Positions 13,025 through 13,907 of a DNA stretch of 13,907 nt are shown piece by piece. The notes beneath the pieces were generated by a model. That model was not told the origin of the DNA. It did no database searches and saw nothing but the letters and a program-made list of their open reading frames with translations. Numbering within the stretch: the first letter of the stretch is position 1; each line of letters opens with the position of its first letter. Both the position numbers and the translations under genes were made by a program. The stretch lies in IMG/VR virus record IMGVR_UViG_3300035698_021910, positions 1 to 13,907 of that record. One strand, given 5' to 3'. Origin of the DNA: a virus.

Positions 13025-13564
13025 TTAAGTTTTAAATAAAACTGCCTGCTCATTCATTTGTAATCCGTATTTATCAGTCGCTTTTTGGAATACAGCTAGA
13101 ACATCTTTATTGTCTAAATTGTCGCCCTGTAATATTTGATAACGGATTTTAGCTAATTTTTCTAAATCAGAAATATCAATTTTATAGCTATTAGTATTCA
13201 TGGCATTTAAAATTTTATCATAAGCTAGATCAAGTAATTGAACAGTTTTTTGTAGATGAACTGATTGACTGGTGATTTCCTCGAGCGTCTCATTCTTAAT
13301 AATTTTAGTTGCTACATTTCTTTTATAATCAGCATAATTTTTAAAATGACGACATAGGCTAGCAGGCGAAACGCTATAACCAAACTGCTCCGAACACGCA
13401 ATAACTATCTCATCAAATGTTTTCCCGTTTTTTCTTAATTTATGAATTTCAGGTAAATAGCCAGAGTTACAGATTGAACAACGAGCGTCGCATATCTTTT
13501 CGTCAATTCCGCAAGATTTAAGTTGAGAGTCGATTGTTTTTTTTTCTTCGATAGTTTTATTCAT
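13025..13564 (-). CDS. Cys4 + helix-turn-helix DNA-binding protein (179 aa); small-terminase-like or replication/packaging initiator candidate
   Basis: ORF track. N-terminal CX6CX3CX2C cluster, an HTH-like segment GKTFDEIVIACSEQFGYSVSPASLCRHFKNY, and a helical C-terminal half. It is upstream of terL on the same strand but separated from it by 1.43 kb. Confidence 0.4.
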   Translation of the reverse strand: MNKTIEEKKTIDSQLKSCGIDEKICDARCSICNSGYLPEIHKLRKNGKTFDEIVIACSEQFGYSVSPASLCRHFKNYADYKRNVATKIIKNETLEEITSQSVHLQKTVQLLDLAYDKILNAMNTNSYKIDISDLEKLAKIRYQILQGDNLDNKDVLAVFQKATDKYGLQMNEQAVLFKT

Positions 13565-13672
13565 TGTTGAAAGTTATCCACAGCCCTTAGTGAGCGAGTT
13601 TAAAAAAGTGAGAATGATAATGATAGTTATTACTTTAGTAAGTTAGTAGTTAGTTAGTAAGTAACTAACTTA

Positions 13673-13701
13673 AGAGTAACTTTAATTTTGGGATTTGTCA
13701 A
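13673..13701 (-). promoter_or_regulatory. Candidate sigma70-type promoter for the terS-like gene
   Basis: The minus strand reads TTGACA (13701-13696), a 17-nt spacer, then TACTCT (13678-13673; only T1, A2 and T6 match the consensus). A DnaA box lies 3 nt upstream of the -35. Confidence 0.35.
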
Positions 13702-13778
13702 GCCTGTGGAAAAGGGGCTTATTTATCCACCTACTTATCCACAAGGACTAATCCCATAATTTGGGACCTATAAGAATG

Positions 13779-13810
13779 GGGGGCTAAATTTATTATAATG
13801 ATTAGCCCCC
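13779..13810 (-). terminator. GC-capped 9-bp hairpin at the end of the minus-strand gene series
   Basis: GGGGGCTAA (13779-13787), a 14-nt loop, TTAGCCCCC (13802-13810). On the minus strand it follows the stop of CDS 64..279 (across the circular junction) and is followed by AUUCUUAU. Copy 1 (1-30) is truncated by the window edge. Confidence 0.5.
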
Positions 13811-13907
13811 TGTCTTGTCAAATCTTTTCTACAAGATTTTTTGTTAATATTGTTGTGGATAACCTCCGCCATTATTTTGGTTTCCGTTGTTCTGATTTTG
13901 GTTGCCA
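13781..13907. repeat. Terminal direct repeat, copy 2 (exact duplicate of 1-127)
   Basis: Identical 127 nt. It includes the 3' part of the same CDS as 64..127, so it is not an independent gene. Confidence 0.9.
13792..13821 (-). promoter_or_regulatory. Near-consensus sigma70-type promoter embedded in the hairpin (also at 12-41)
   Basis: The minus strand reads TTGACA (13821-13816), an 18-nt spacer, then TATAAT (13797-13792). The -10 hexamer lies in the loop of the 13779-13810 hairpin. Confidence 0.45.

Larger units (their letters stand above)
13574..13862. promoter_or_regulatory. Cluster of five DnaA boxes around an AT-rich stretch; candidate origin or DnaA-responsive control region
   Basis: TTATCCACA at 13574-13582 and 13735-13743. 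TGTGGATAA at 13854-13862 (also 74-82). TTATCCACC at 13723-13731. TGTGGAAAA at 13705-13713. The AT-rich block at about 13600-13700 contains the inverted repeat AGTTAGTTA-gtaag-TAACTAACT (13648-13670). Confidence 0.6.

Overview
The window is a complete, terminally redundant assembly of a very small, AT-rich tailed-phage genome (roughly 30% GC by eye). Bases 1-127 recur exactly at 13781-13907. The unique sequence is therefore 13,780 bp and is best read as a circle or a circularly permuted molecule. All roughly 20 credible CDS are on the minus strand. In minus-strand order the layout is: a DnaA-box and promoter region (13565-13862); a 179-aa Cys4+HTH protein (small-terminase-like); a 1.43-kb ORF-free locus dense in repeats and hairpins (11590-13024); large terminase; portal; scaffold; HK97-like major capsid; small proteins, a LamG-like protein and tail proteins; a lysis cassette (TM protein, M23+LysM endolysin, 2-TM protein); a consensus sigma70-type promoter; five small accessory ORFs; and a GC-rich hairpin. 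I found no DNA polymerase, primase, helicase, Rep, integrase, tRNA, rRNA or CRISPR array. Three things deserve the closest look. (1) The ORF-free locus between the terS-like gene and terL holds a 6 x 30-bp iteron-like array, a ~16% GC tract, a perfect 26-bp inverted repeat, twin 26-bp palindromes and a GC-rich nested hairpin. (2) Consensus DnaA boxes are clustered in a genome with no replication genes. (3) Shine-Dalgarno sequences are absent upstream of the CDS, while near-perfect TTGACA/TATAAT promoters are present. All functional calls come from reading the sequence and translations by eye; no searches were run.
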